A stretch of 64,000 nt of DNA from Amoebophrya sp. A120 (lineage: Eukaryota; Protista; Dinoflagellata): the NCBI GenBank assembly GCA_905178155.1, contig CAJINV010000011.1, forward strand, positions 1,757,216 through 1,821,215, read 5' to 3'. The translations under genes and the position numbers were made by a program. Shown piece by piece: positions 11,301-25,000 of this stretch. The notes under the pieces were generated by a model. The model worked only from the letters and a program-made list of their open reading frames with translations. It did no database searches and was not told the DNA's origin. How positions within the stretch are numbered: position 1 is the stretch's first letter; every line of letters begins with the position of its first letter.

Positions 11301-14300
11301 TCACATCGTCCCGTGGTACTGTTTTGTCCCTTTGCACTGCGGGTAGCTCAAACAGCCCCAGAATTTCTGTCCGTTGGCCTGTTTTTTCCGGATCTCCATT
11401 CGCTGATCTTGGCACACCATGCAGACGGGCGGCACTTCCGGGATCTGCTTCTTGAAGCGGCAAAACGGCTGCGGACACTGGAAAAATCCGGAATTCGCTT
11501 TTCGGCGAAACTTCGTCTCGGTGCCGCAGAACATGCAGAACAGCGGGTAATTTTCCGTATTCGTGCAGTCTGGGTACTTGACGCACCCCCAAAACTGCCT
11601 TTTGTTCGTCTTGTTCTCCCGAATCAGCATGGGCTGGTTGTGACACCAGGGCCGCATCACCGGCGAGCTGTTCTTCGGCTGCTGGTCGGGGTTCCGCAGG
11701 CCGACGCCCGTGTAGATGTTGGAATTGCTGTTGTCGTTTTGATTTTGACTGCTTCCGTTCAACATGACGTCGTTCGGGCCCCCGGACGGGAAGCGCTGTC
11801 GCTTGTTGGACTGGTTTGGGTTATTGTTGTTGTTCTGTTGGCTATTTCTGTGCTGGTCACCATCTCCCGGGGTTAACGAAGGGTTTTCGACAACACCCTC
11901 CATGTTGTTTGCTGCACCAGAAGTAGTCGTGCCGTCTTTCATGTTGTTGTTCACGTTATTTGCGGTACTAGACGAGGACCCACCGCCCTGCTGGTTATTA
12001 TTGTTGTTTTTGTTCGCCCAAGAATTTGGCGGTCCAGCAGGCGGCTTCATGGTATTGTTGTTTTTGTCTCCACCACTGCCCTTCTTCCCCTTTCCCTTCT
12101 TGTTCCCCTTACCGTCATTCGCAGATGAATTTGTTCCGAACGGCGTTTGCCAATTGGTCGTATTGTTTGTTCCCCCACCTGGAGCTGCACCACCTCCAGC
12201 GCCCCACACCCAAGCTTGGTCGTTTGTCATGGCGAGTTGCTGTGGCGGCGGATGGTTTTGATTGGAAGATGAGCTGCTGCTACCACCGGCCGTTTGTCCT
12301 TGCTGTGGCGCTTGCGCGGGGCTCGGATGGCGACTTTTGTCCTTCTGTTCCCGCTCCAGTTTCGCGCGCTTCCGTCGCGGGCTTTCGTTTGTTTCCTCCT
12401 GTGCGGGGGTGACGGAAATGGGGGCCGGGATCATGCCCTCCTGTTCCTCGGATTCAAACAGCGCACGCACGTCCTTCGGCGTGCGCCGCTCGCCGACGGC
12501 AGAGGCGGGGCCGGTACCTGTGGTGGGGGTTTGTAGTTTCATTTTGCTGCGTTTGTCTGGCGGATCTTGGTGGTTTTAAATTCATTTTAATTTCTCCCGT
12601 GAACGACAGCTTCAGGAACTGTATCCAATTCGCATTTGTGGACAGAAATTATGAAGAAGCCCTAAATCCTAAAACGCTCGCAAAATATGAGATTGAGATA
12701 GAAAAAGTTACCTTCCATAACCGGCTCTTGTTCCATTGCGTCTTCGTGGTCGGTGCCACTGTCGCCGCCCGGACTGGGAACGACAGGGTACGTCGCGACT
12801 TTGCCAGATTTGTAGTCCTCAAGAAACTCGTCCGCGACCTTGCAAAACTTGCAATCCAGGATCTTTTCTGTACCTGATAGGACAGAGTTTTCATTTTGTT
12901 CGACTAGTACGAGTACCTCTTTATTCAATTTCCATTCATTTATGATACAATGCAAATTGGTGGAGTCAATTCTTCAAAACTAATACGAGGTTTGGCCCAT
13001 CGTTGTATGGCAAGAAGTTACAAAAAAAAACATCTATACTCCATCGATCAGCCGGGTTCGCCTTGAGCATGCCAAACAGGGCCTGTTGCGCGCTCGCCGT
13101 TTGTTTTTTCCGGAACAAATTGAAGGCCGTGTCGTAGTCCCGCTCGGCCGTGTTCAGCGTCTCGTTGAACGGGAATTTGCCCTCGAGCATCACGAAGAGA
13201 ATCACCCCGCACGCCCAGATGTCCACGCCGAACGAAGCCTCGAGCTTCTTGTCAAAAACCTCCGGGGCCACGTACATCGGCGTGCCGACGCAGGACTGGT
13301 GCGTTTGCGCAAACTTGTTCATCAGCGGGTTCGAATCCGTGGCGATCTCCTTGGAAAGACCTGTTATTATAAGAGTTTGGAATAAGCGTCATGCGTTATT
13401 TTTCACCGAAATCGTTGTGCCAATTTCACATACTTTGATGTGTGCATGAAATTATAGCAAGCCAACCAAAAGGAAAAGTAGAGATTGCAGACGTATGTAC
13501 ATGTTGTAGCAGTAAACATCGCTCATACAACTAGACGAGTAAATTCTGACCACTATACCAAAATCGGCGATTTTGACGTCGTGCATGCGCATTCTGGCGA
13601 CGTTTTGCGAGCTGCCAATCAGCACGTTTTCTGGCTTCAAATCTCTGTGCGCAATGTGAGCTTGGTGCAAAAACTGGAGTCCGCGGACCAGGCCGCGTAA
13701 CACATAGCTCGCTTCCGGATCGAAAAAGGTGCGCTCGATGATCTGCGCGAGAAGCTCGCCGCCGGCCACATATTCCTGCACGATGAAGAGCAGTTGCGTC
13801 TCCTTTTCATCGTAGCAGCCTTCGTACCTGAATTATAGTTTTGTAATAGTAGAAAACCTCTACCTAGGACTTACTTTTGCTGCCAAAAATGTAGTTGCAA
13901 CATGCTCTTGCTCATGACGCATCTGTATGTCTTCAAGAAGCAAAAAATCCAAAAGACAACAAAAGAAACTACGAAGCAAAAAATAATTTCCCATATACCC
14001 GACGATGTTTTCGTGCATCCCGAGGTTTTGCAGGATGCTGATCTCTCGTATGAGGCGCTGCCTCAGCCTCTGTTCGTTGTTCCGCAGCCGCAGCTTCGCC
14101 AAATCGATACGTTTGACCGCGTAGGTTTTACCGCCGCGGAAACACTTGAACACCGTGCCCATCGCCCCCTGGCCGAGGAAGTCGCCCAGTTCAAAGCCCT
14201 GATCCTTCCACCGGACGGACGGCTGCGTGCTGGAAGAAGAGGACTTATTGTTCATCCCCGTTTGCGGTTGCGACGTACTGGTGCTGGGCGCTTTATTTTG

Positions 14301-15569
14301 ATTGCTACTTGCGGTTGCGGCGTTGCCTCCGACTCCTTGATTGTTGTAGTTGTGTCCTTGATGTTTATTACTAGAGCTGCTCGAGGTAGTACCACCAGTG
14401 TTGTATGCATTACTCTTGTAGCCCTGCTGGTTACTGTGGTTGCTGTTCCCACCTCCTGCTGCGCCGTTTATTGGCGCCGTGGCAGTTCCTGTTCCACCCC
14501 CAGATGAGCTGCTGTTGCCCCCTCCCGCGGTAGTCGGACCGGTCGTCATCACTTTCTGTGCCTCGTTACCGGACGCGTGGCCGCCACTGGAATGGCTCAT
14601 CAGGATTCCAGGCCGTTGCACTGGTAGCTTCATCTTGTTGTTGTTATAATTCTGCTGGTGGGGGTTCTTGGGGTTCTTGGGCTGGCGTGAATGTTGATGA
14701 TCCTTCTGCTGCTGCTGCTGCTGCTCACCCGCTGTGTAGTTACTATCACCAGCTGGCGGCGGAGGAGGAGGTTGTCCACCTCCACCAACCGCAACCACCA
14801 CCGGAGATCTCTTCGCCACTTCATCCTGTGTGAGCACACTTACCCCCTGGTGCGTCACCTGCGTGATGTGTTTGTTTTTGTTGAAAGGCTGCAGAGGATT
14901 CACCCCCGGCTTGTTCGAGGGTCTGGAAGGCCCGCTATTTGAAGACGACGCAGGTGCGTTCTTCATGGCCTTTTTGGCGCCGAAATTATTGTGTTTCGGT
15001 GCGGACGGTGGGTGTTGCTGGAACTGGAACACCGGGGTCCCCGCGGGGGTTGCGGCTCCGGTGATCAGCGGCGTGGCGCCAAACTGACTCATCACGAACT
15101 GGCTGGCTGGTGCTGGTGGTGCCGTCGCAGTTGCGTTGTTCACCACTGAAGCTACAGCAGCTCCTTTTTGATGCTGATTAATGCCCGTGCTTGTTGTACT
15201 GCCCATAGTAGTACTTGTCGCATTTTTGCCACTGCCTGGTGGTGGAGCTGTTGCCGGATCCCCTGCTGCTGCTGCTGTTGTGACTATTCCAGTACTGGCC
15301 AATATCGCTCCTGGTGTTCCACTGCTACTAACCTGATTTGGCGGAATTGTTCCGGTCGCCGCGGCCATGGGAGCAGGTGGTGGTGGTGGTACAGTTGTTG
15401 ATACAGCTGCGCCAGCTACTCCACCCACCGCAAGCTGCAGCTGCTGCTCACCCGCTGCCGCTGCTCCGCCCGTCGTTAATACTGGTTGCTGATGCTGGCC
15501 CGCCGGCGGTGGGTTCATGGGCGGCGCAGGCGTCCCTGTGTTTGTCGTCCCGGCGGTCATCTCTTGCAA
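11301..15569 (-). CDS. Ser/Thr protein kinase (CAMK-group-like) with low-complexity N-terminus and C-terminal triple topoisomerase-IA-type C4 zinc ribbon
   Basis: Kinase motifs [42 protein letters not shown] and RWSTEKIL lie across GT-AG introns. Intron 12566-12711 links in frame (VME|[11 protein letters not shown]) to ORF 11301..12542, which ends in [10 protein letters not shown] / FFQCPQPFC / [10 protein letters not shown] repeats. Confidence 0.85.
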
Positions 15570-18500
15570 ACAAGATGGTCGTGCGGAGGTAACAAGCGTG
15601 TTGAAAAGCAGGTACTACAATCAACGCGTGGTCCTCTGGAACGATGACGAGGAGGACCGAAGAACAGGTACTAGTCTACGTCGCCTCTCAGTGCCGTTCT
15701 GTCGTCGTTGTCGGCTCGGTGGTACAGGAGGATCCTCTACTTTTACCCGAATTCCAGCACGGAAAAGATGAAATGGCCTCGCGAGGACGTGCTGGCGGCC
15801 GCCTCCACGGTTGTAGTATTCGATATCGATTCAAATTCTGGCGATTTTCGTTGAAAAGTAAGTACTACGTATTTTGCTGAAGATAAATTCACGAGCAGTT
15901 TCGTCCAAATTATACACTGATTGGTCCTCGCTGAAGACGCTGACCCCAGTAGTAGTAAACAGGATGATGTAGTTATAATCACTGTTGGAATAAAACTCGA
16001 TCCAACGAGATGAATACAACCACAAAAACTACTCACGAATAAATCTTCTAACACAACCTAGCAACTCACTTTCAATCTAATCACACGCGAGTCTTCAATT
16101 CCTCAGCATGTAGTTGCCCTCTGCTCGACGTCCGTGTAGCAGCTGTAATAGCGCAGCTTTTTATCGGCATTTTTATCTGTCGTGCTTCGTTGCCTTCCTG
16201 AACTCTTGTACTCCGCTGCACGACTCCGCGCGAAAGCTGGCCGTGGTTCTTCTTGCCCTCGGTGTTGCAGTAGCCGGAATGTAGATTCATATTCATGGTC
16301 GTTGATAGAATTTTTATGCTTGTTTTCACGAGTTCCGAAATCTTGTACAACTACAAAACATCATCTGCCTAAAGGTAGCGGTAGTTACAAAAAAAACAAC
16401 TCGGAAATGCTATGCGTTCGTCAAATTATAGTTGAAAGAGCTATGTTGATTTCGTACTGCTATAAGAGAATCTTTCATCTTTACTTTTCATACAACAGGA
16501 AAAGAAAATCCTTCCACGAAGTCCGAACGAGGTGTGTCCAATCTTCGCAACGAAACGTGATCGACACGAGTAGAGATAGTACGGAGGTGCGGGTCCTTTG
16601 TTTATCGATTTTGTTGCCACAAGAGCCGTCGTGTACTAGATGAGGTGGTGGGTTATTTTTACAGCTTTTATTTCTACTTCCGACGAACTTCTACGTAGCA
16701 GTACCACGTCGGTGCGAGAGGGGTTTATTGAGCTCGAAACTCTTGGGTTAAGGAATTCTGCGACAGTACACAGACACGACTCACGGTAAAAACGCCTCTT
16801 GCAACGTCGCGAGCTAGATGTGCCGCACAAGGAGCAGTCTACTGCAGCTGCTGCTGCAGGAGCGAGAGCGTGTAATACAACTAGAAGACAAGATCTGTGT
16901 TCTGTTGAGAAATTCCTTAGCCACAAGTTTCATCTCACGGCCGCCCTTGCCGTCGCAGATAACGGGTTGTTTCGGTCCGAGCTCTCGCTTGATAGATTGT
17001 GCAAGAGCTTCTCTGGTTGGACTGCCAGAAGATACGGAGCGACCGCAAAGAACCCGAAATGCGCTGACGTCTTCGCTTTCACGTTGGTTGGTGTGGGATG
17101 AAAACTACACGGCGTCTGCAAGAAATCGCGTTGTATCAATCAATCTCCCGTAGGTCGTGTGCTGGTTCTTTCCTCGCTCTCTTTCGTGCTGCTGTGTCGT
17201 GTAGCTTTCTTATTCTTTAGATTTGCTGCAACAATAAAAAACGTGCTGCTTCAAAGTGACTGAGAGGATTTTAGAGGATGGAAGTTGATGTAGTCAAAAG
17301 AGATCCATGCATTGATTAAGTGGAGTGCCTCCTCATCGTCCAAATTCCTTTTCTTCATTTTCTCAAATTTACTATTAATTTGGTGCAATCATCAAATCAT
17401 GTAGCTCACACTTCATTCCTTTTTGGGATCCCGTCGTAAGTCGTTGTGGTCAGCGCACGGTTGAACATACACACTTTTCTTTTAGCGTTGCGTTTTCATT
17501 TCATGTCTTGCATGCGAAGCAAAGGCAAAGGTCAAAATGTTTATTCCATCTATTTGATATTTAGCATCTGACTACTGCAAAATTGTTATTGTTGACCGAA
17601 GGGGGTAGTAAAATTTTCTGTGGTGCATGTTTTTCTTTTTCGTCATGCAGCAAAAAGATCATGCATTTCTGTCAAATATTTTTCTTGTTGGTGTCGTTCT
17701 ACAACATGAAGCTTTCATCTCCTGACTCTGCGAGTGGATATCGCCTGATGCTGATGCATCTTCGCGAGTGCTGAGAAAAAAAAGTGCCAACAGGCGCGAA
17801 TTGTATCGAGTTCGAATATATTATTTTTCATTCGCTCGTCCTCGAGTAGTTCGAATATTACGGTCTACACCAACCACAACATCTCCATCTCCTTACTCTC
17901 ACACAGATTTTTCCAGTCATGATTTACGGATGCGCATCTAGTTGGAGTGCTGTACTTGATCATTATCTCAACTTGTTTCATTCCTTGCTGTGTCGGCACG
18001 GTAAGGCCTACAACGGGACCTACTTATCTGCGTCGACCCTTATCGACCTGCATGTCAGGATCCTTGCAAAGCGCAGGAACCATATAGAGTTGTAGGTTCC
18101 ACTACTAATTTGTTAGTACGATGCGCTGGACAGAAAACCGTTGACCGATTATGCGCAAACGATTTCGGCATCTTTCTGTTTCTTCACGGGCAGAAATAAA
18201 TTGACGGCTATCACAGATGTTCGTCCTTTTTTGTAACACGGAAAAATAGTGATTTTTCTTGTCGAAAATCATCACACTAGTATCGGACATCATCTTCAAG
18301 GTCGAGGTCGACAGCGCGTGTGCTACCCTATCTTAATCTTCAACATCAACATTTGTTTTTCGCATGAAAATCTTTTGTCTTCATCAAATCTAGTGTACAG
18401 TTGCAGTTTTGCTTCTGTTCTTGTTTCATATTCATTCGTTCCGGCATCCACAGAGAGAATTTCACTTTCGACGGAATTACTTTTTCGCGTACACAGGCGC

Positions 18501-19081
18501 CCATGCCCATCGCCTGAACTTTTCATTTTTAACATCTTCTACGTAAATTATACAGTCTCTGTAGATACATCAGCGTATTGCAATTGCTTTTCAACATCAG
18601 CTTCATCATTCTGCTCATTAATTTAGGACTTTCAAGTTCGACACTAGCTGAAAAAGAGATATACTTTGTGCTACATCTTACATGTCGACCTGCCTAGTAT
18701 CAATGCTATTGCTATTCTCTGGGCTACACGAACCAATCGGAAAGAAACTTCTACGTCACAATTTTCACATGTTTGTCATCTTGAATTCACGATCACTAAA
18801 AAACGATCAGAGACTTGTATTGACTTCCTTTGTGGCACTGGAGGCAGTGACTACAGTGAAAAACTTCTTCCTTGGCTGAAAACTACTCGTCGCTTGTTCC
18901 ATCTAAAGAGAATGAGTGTTCGTGTTGCAAGAATTGCTATTATTACCGGACTAACAGTCCAGGTCGAGGTCCAACTGCGTGGTATTATTCATGGATAACG
19001 ATAATGGTTGTACTAATGCCTTGAGACAATTAATATTAAAGACCTGCATCAACAAGAAGATCCAACATCCCCCGACAGACT

Positions 19082-22000
19082 TCAGCACGCTATCTCCTCC
19101 CTGCAGGGTTCTGTGATGATGATTTCCAAAACCAAGCTTCTTTGGGATTTCAGGTGAAAAAACATCTCGTCCAGATCCCGGCGCACATCGTTGACCGCGG
19201 TAACGTAGATTTTCTTCCCCTCCTCTAGCCGCCGCTGGTACGACGGTATGATACGCCGCAGCGCACTCTCGAAGTACCTGTATTTGATTTAGGTTTAGGT
19301 GTTTGTTCATACAACATGAAGGGGTAGTGTCACATCGACACTCTTTCCATTTTTGCCTGATGCGCTCTACGAGTAGAAAACACAAAGCGAGATAGCACAG
19401 ATTCCGACGCAAAATCTATGTCGAGAGAAAAAAAATTAGCGCGGTCTCGAGTAAATACCCATGTCTCGTCATCCTTTTCACGAGCAAGGCCGGTCGCAGC
19501 AGGACGTTCGTGTTGCAAATGTCGTAGGGGTTCGCGGAGTACAGTCTGCAGAGCGATTTTTGAAAAACGCCCCCGACGTCACCCTCCCGGTCGTCAGCGT
19601 ATTTATCGATAACCAGCTGGAAAAACTATCCTGTGCAAAAATATCGCACGACGCACGACTCGTTGCTAGTTCTAGATCTAGTAGAGGGAATTTTGCATGA
19701 CAAATGTGATTATGCTGGCTAAATCTTCCTTCTCAAAAATTTGTCCTGCGATCCATCCTAGTGATGAAACCGCGTCTGCGATGCTTTTGCAAAGCATAAA
19801 ACCTTCTCCGCCACTACCGCTTTCACCGTGTCAGCCACCTTCTCGAAGTAGTTCCAGGACGACAGCGGTGTTTTCGGCAGTGAAGAAACCAGTGCGGCTG
19901 AAGGGGACGAGATAAGGGTTTCCGCGAGGTCGATCGCACTGCGAGAAAGTGTTGCGTTTTTCTGATGATGTCCACTTTGATGACTGTTGGAAGAAGAATC
20001 TTGATCTTCGCTAGTAGCTGAGTGCAGATTCTTGTTCTGTTTGATCCACCCTGCTCTACTGTAGTTCTTGTTCTTCTTCATCTCGTCCTTTTTATTCTCC
20101 ACGACCCACCTGTGCCGCCCGGGGGACTTGATGCGCTTAGGTGGGGACTCGCCGTATTGATCGAGTAACAGATCCGGGTTGTTCGCTTCGTTGCTCTTGT
20201 TCCGCTGCTCACACTCGACGGAATACGCGTCTTCGGAACTACTGGAAGAAGAGAGATTTTCTTGATCATGATCAAAAGTCGACAATTTCTGGTGGTTCTT
20301 CTTGTTTCTCTGGTGCTGGCGCGTTTTCTCTTTTATCTTCGCAGGAGCAGCTGCAGTTCCGGCGACCTGCGCTAGCGAATTTTGCAACAATTTCAACTGC
20401 TTTTGCAGTAGCTGCTTCGTCTCGTGCAGGCTGTGCAAGAAATCTTGTTCGTCCTCTTGTGGATCTTGCTGTGGACCTGGCGCGATCACTTGTTTTCCTT
20501 TATTTTTTCCGCGAGTTGTACAATTGCTGGCCGCTACCGCTTGTACGTGATGCATTCCAGCTTGCTGCTGGTTCATCCGGACGTCCTGCTCGACCCCCGC
20601 CGACGCGGCAGAAGAATCGTCCTCCTCGTCAGACGCCAGCTCCATTTCGACGCCCAGGGCTTTCAACGAGGCCGAGATTCCGGAGAGTTGCTGTTCCACG
20701 TTGGAAAGCAGAAAATTGTTGCTGTGGTTGTTCATCATTTTCATTCCGTTTATTCCTCCGGATTTATTGCTAGTAAAATTCCCGTCCAACATCACACTCG
20801 TCGCGGCCCCCGGGGACGTGAAATTCTCCTCAAGCAATGTCGGCCCATTTTTCATCACGCCTGCCGCAGCGGGCGGAGTGATGTTCCTGGCCGATTGACT
20901 CAATTGAGACGAATTCGACTGCGTGCGTGGGTCATGATCTTCGAATAGATGGTCTCCTGCTAGTAATTGGACAGACGACGTGGTGTCGAGCGTTGCGGTG
21001 CCAGGCCCGTGCACACTCAGGGTACCATTGTTCATCGACGACGAGAGTTGTCCTGCTTTCAAGACGCTACTACTACTTCCAGTAGTATTCATTATTCCCA
21101 TACCCCCGACTCCCGGTGGGGCGCAGTAACTGTGGCGAATCGCGTTCGCCGCGAGGTTTTGCCCGACGAGTGGCGGGCCTGTGCTGGAGGAGTGTAGTGA
21201 AGTCGAAGCTCCTGCGTAGTTCGATGTTGTTCCGGACTGCAGCGGAAAGGCGGAGAACCTTCGTGTTGGGTCAGAAATTGATGTCGAATGTTGATGCTGT
21301 TGGCCTAAATTTTTGTTATTCACCGTCATCGTCCCACCGCTGAAGCCATTGGACGACCCGTTAAAAACCTGGTGCTCCGGCGACGGAATGCAAAAGGAAT
21401 TCTTCGGCGCGGACGGCAGTTGCGAGGACAAAAACGCGCCGGTGGTTGGAAGCAGACTGTTGCTGTTCAAACTTATCGTCGGTGGGGAATTCATAGGGAC
21501 TGCAGTTGTAGCTTGATGTTCTGCGTTTTTCACAATTCCGTTTCCTGCATTTGCGACCGATCCGCCGGGAAGATAAGAATCGTGTTGGAGAGGTGGACTA
21601 CTCATCATCACTTTCCCAGCAGAACTCCCGTTCACCGGGGTGCTGGTCGGCACTACCGCAGCCGGACTGACCGCGAGTAAATTTGCGGAACTGGCCTTCC
21701 TCTTTTTGTCAATCTCCTTCTTCAGATTTTGGAAGAACTGGGGCTCCAAATGGGACAAATCCTGCGAATCCCGCTTGTGAGTGTCGTCTTTCGCGCGTTT
21801 TTGTAGCTTTTCCAGCTGCTTGTTCGCCGCCGTCCGGTCGAGACTGACAGACCCGCGGTGGAAGCAAAAGGATTGCGATTTGGAAGTGCGGAAAGCCGAT
21901 TTCCCAGCGTTGCCGCTCGTATTATTGTTCATCTTCCCGGATGAATTGATACCGTGACCACTACCCCTATCGTCCGCTGACGAGGTTCCAAGACCAGCAC

Positions 22001-25000
22001 CGCCGGCCAGCATGCTGGCCCGGCTGTTCAGGTTCAAAATTGCGTTTTTTGTACTACTCTCATCTGGGGCTGGAAACGCGTCTTTGTTCTCGTCCTCGTC
22101 CGCGGAGGAATCGTCTAACAGCGGTTGCTGCTGACCAGATAATTGCTGTTCTTTACTGGTACTGTCATTTTCATCCTCGTCATCGTCTGACGTGCCGTAG
22201 CCGTCGTGTTGCTGTTTAATATTGCTCCGGCTCTCACCTCCTCCCAGGACGTTGATCCGCGGTGGTGCTTCTTGCAACGCGTAGTTCTTTTCATCGTGGT
22301 CTACTTCTTCCGCACCACTGGGAGGCTCCGCCTCCGCCCGCGAGGTAGTAGAGCTGCTACTCGACGACCCGGGATCGGCGTCTAAAGGATTGTTGTTTCG
22401 AGAAGATGCAGAAGAGGCGTGATCATGATCTACAACTTCGTGGACGAGATTCATCTGCAAGACCGGCTGTAGTTCCGTGTCCTTCTTCCGCACAGCACTC
22501 GGCAGCGCGGTCTTGCCGTCAAACGCCTGCACGTGCTTGGAGATCCGGTGCGCCTCCAAGGCCGTCGCCGCGGCAAAGGATCGGCTCCGGGAATTCTTAA
22601 AGGCTCTCCGGAACTCCGCACCACTGTTTTCGTCTTTGACGTTGAAGCTGGTCTCTGAGAACGCAAAGCTCTTCTTCGGCTTCCGCTCGGTACTCGCACT
22701 GGGGGGCGCGATACTGATGGAATTATTTCCGAAGCCGCTGCTGCCCAGGGTTTGGTTTTGTGCTGATGTTGTGTTGGGAACCAGGTCGTTTCGTAGGATT
22801 CCAGGCGGTCCGGAAGTCGCGCTGTTCCCGGATTCCGATGCTTGGCCGATGCCGCCTGCGAAAAGTTGAAAGATTTTTGTTTTTTAGGTTTTGATGGTTG
22901 TGGTCTTCGACAGGAGAAGTCGAGGTGTTGAAAAACATATAAGAACTTATGAAAAACTATACTTCCGCTCGTCGCCAATACACCCCGGTTGCTGCTTCCA
23001 CTCGAGATCTGCATCGAAAGCAACTGGTCCTCGCTTCGCGGGTTTTGTGAGCTGTTCATGCTTATCAAATGTAAAAATGTCTGGGTCTGGAAAAGTGCAA
23101 GTTTGTCATTGTCATGCTTGAGCTTGTCTGGCATGACTCTGAAATCTGTCATGCACATTACCAAGGAGCCCCACTTTTCTGTCATGCAGAAACGTAGTTT
23201 GTCATGTAGAATAGGCAACACCTAGAAGCTCAGAAACTTGTCATGCTGAGCCAGCAATTGTGGCCTCCTCATGATATGCCACACAGCATCACAAGTTTCC
23301 AGACCCAGACATTTTTACATTTGATAATGCTCATATTTGACACGCTAGTGCCCCCGAAAAACCCGGTGTTGCTGTACGTGGGAAAGGTGTGCTCGACGTT
23401 CCGGGTCTCCTTGTCGACCGACGCCGATTTCTCGTCCAGAAGAAGTTGCAGATCTTCACTCTCCTTCTCCTCTTCGTGACTCACAAGGTTTCGCAACAGC
23501 CGGCTCGCAGCCTCTGCGGTGCTGCCAGAGTTGTAACCACTGGGAAAATTATTAGTGTGGTGGTGCAGCCGAGAAGCTGCTGTGTCGGCATCAAATTGCT
23601 CCTCGGACCCGTCCTCCTCGTCGACGGAACTGATATAGTATTTTAATTTTTCTTTTTTCCCTGCTGATAGATTGAACATGCTAAAGCTGCAAACGTACAA
23701 ATTCAAAGCGATCCTCAAGCTTAATTGTGAAGAAAGAAGAAGGTTTGTGATGTGCTGGTGCTAGTACATCAAGTTTTTCAAATTTCCAAAAAACTTTTTT
23801 TGCGTTTATGCGTAAACAGGATATCATACCCTCCATCTCCAGCTCTTCGCTTCCTCCCATCGTACTCCTTCGACGGCCGCTTTTGCGTTTTCGCACTCAG
23901 CAGCGTGTTGTCGTGCGTGGCTTCGAAATTTGTCGGGCTGTATTTGTCTTTCTTGTTCTTCAACCCGAAAAATGCGCCTTTATTTGACGTTGTTGTCCCG
24001 CCTCCCCGAGGAGAGCTCCGCTTGTTCTCCAGAAATGTAGTTGACCCATTTATCATCAGCATCCCGTTGTTGTTTGCGAAATTAACATCGTGGTCCATCA
24101 CGTCTGCTTGTTGTGCTTCTATCTCTTCAAGACCCCCGCCGTCCTCGAGATCATCCAACTGCAAGAACGGGTTGTTCCGGTGAAACAAGGACACTCGATG
24201 GGAAAAATCGACGGTCGGGACAGTTTCTAACTGCTCAACTTCGTCGGGGTCGAGGTGCTGCAACAGATCTTTGTGCTCCACGTTGCTGTTGGACGAGGAC
24301 GACGAGGAGTCATCTGTGCAAGAGTTGTTGTTGGCGTCATTTACACGGCTTTCATCTGATGTTCGCACCTTCTTGTTATTTCTCTTCGAAGAGGAGCTCC
24401 CTGCTTTATTCGTCCGCAACTTCGCTGTCGTGCTCGTAGTTGCATGTTTCATGCCTTCTTGCACGACACGAGAACCCCCTGGGACTCCACCCCCTCCACC
24501 CAGCAAATCCAGAAATGGGGTGACTGTCGCGCGAATCTCGTCGTCGTGATCGTTGATGGCGAAGTCGCACACTGAACTGGTGTAGAAAAAGGTTATCTTC
24601 TCATCGGGCGCCGCGAGAATCCGGCCCGTCTTCGTCTGTCTTTTCGGCTCCAACAGCATAGCTGCCTCGGGGCTGTTGTCGCTGGAGCCGCCGCCGCGCC
24701 AGAGATTCGGGCTTTGCGGGTCTTCGTGCAAAGCGAGGCGCAACTCCTTATCGCCGTTGCGCAGGACAAATTTGGAAACTTGGGATGGAGAAGTAGTAGA
24801 AAAGGTGGTAGTAGATGAAGGCTGTGGTCGCGGTGGGGGGTTGGTGCTAGTAACTTGATTTTCCGGTCGTGCCGTGGACGACTCGTGATCTTCACTCTTC
24901 AGGAGCTGTGGCACTTCTGCCTCCGCTGGTTTTTTCTGCCGTCCTCGTCCTCCCGAAGGAATCACGTCCGCACTTGTCGCATTGTACACGAGCGCCTGCT

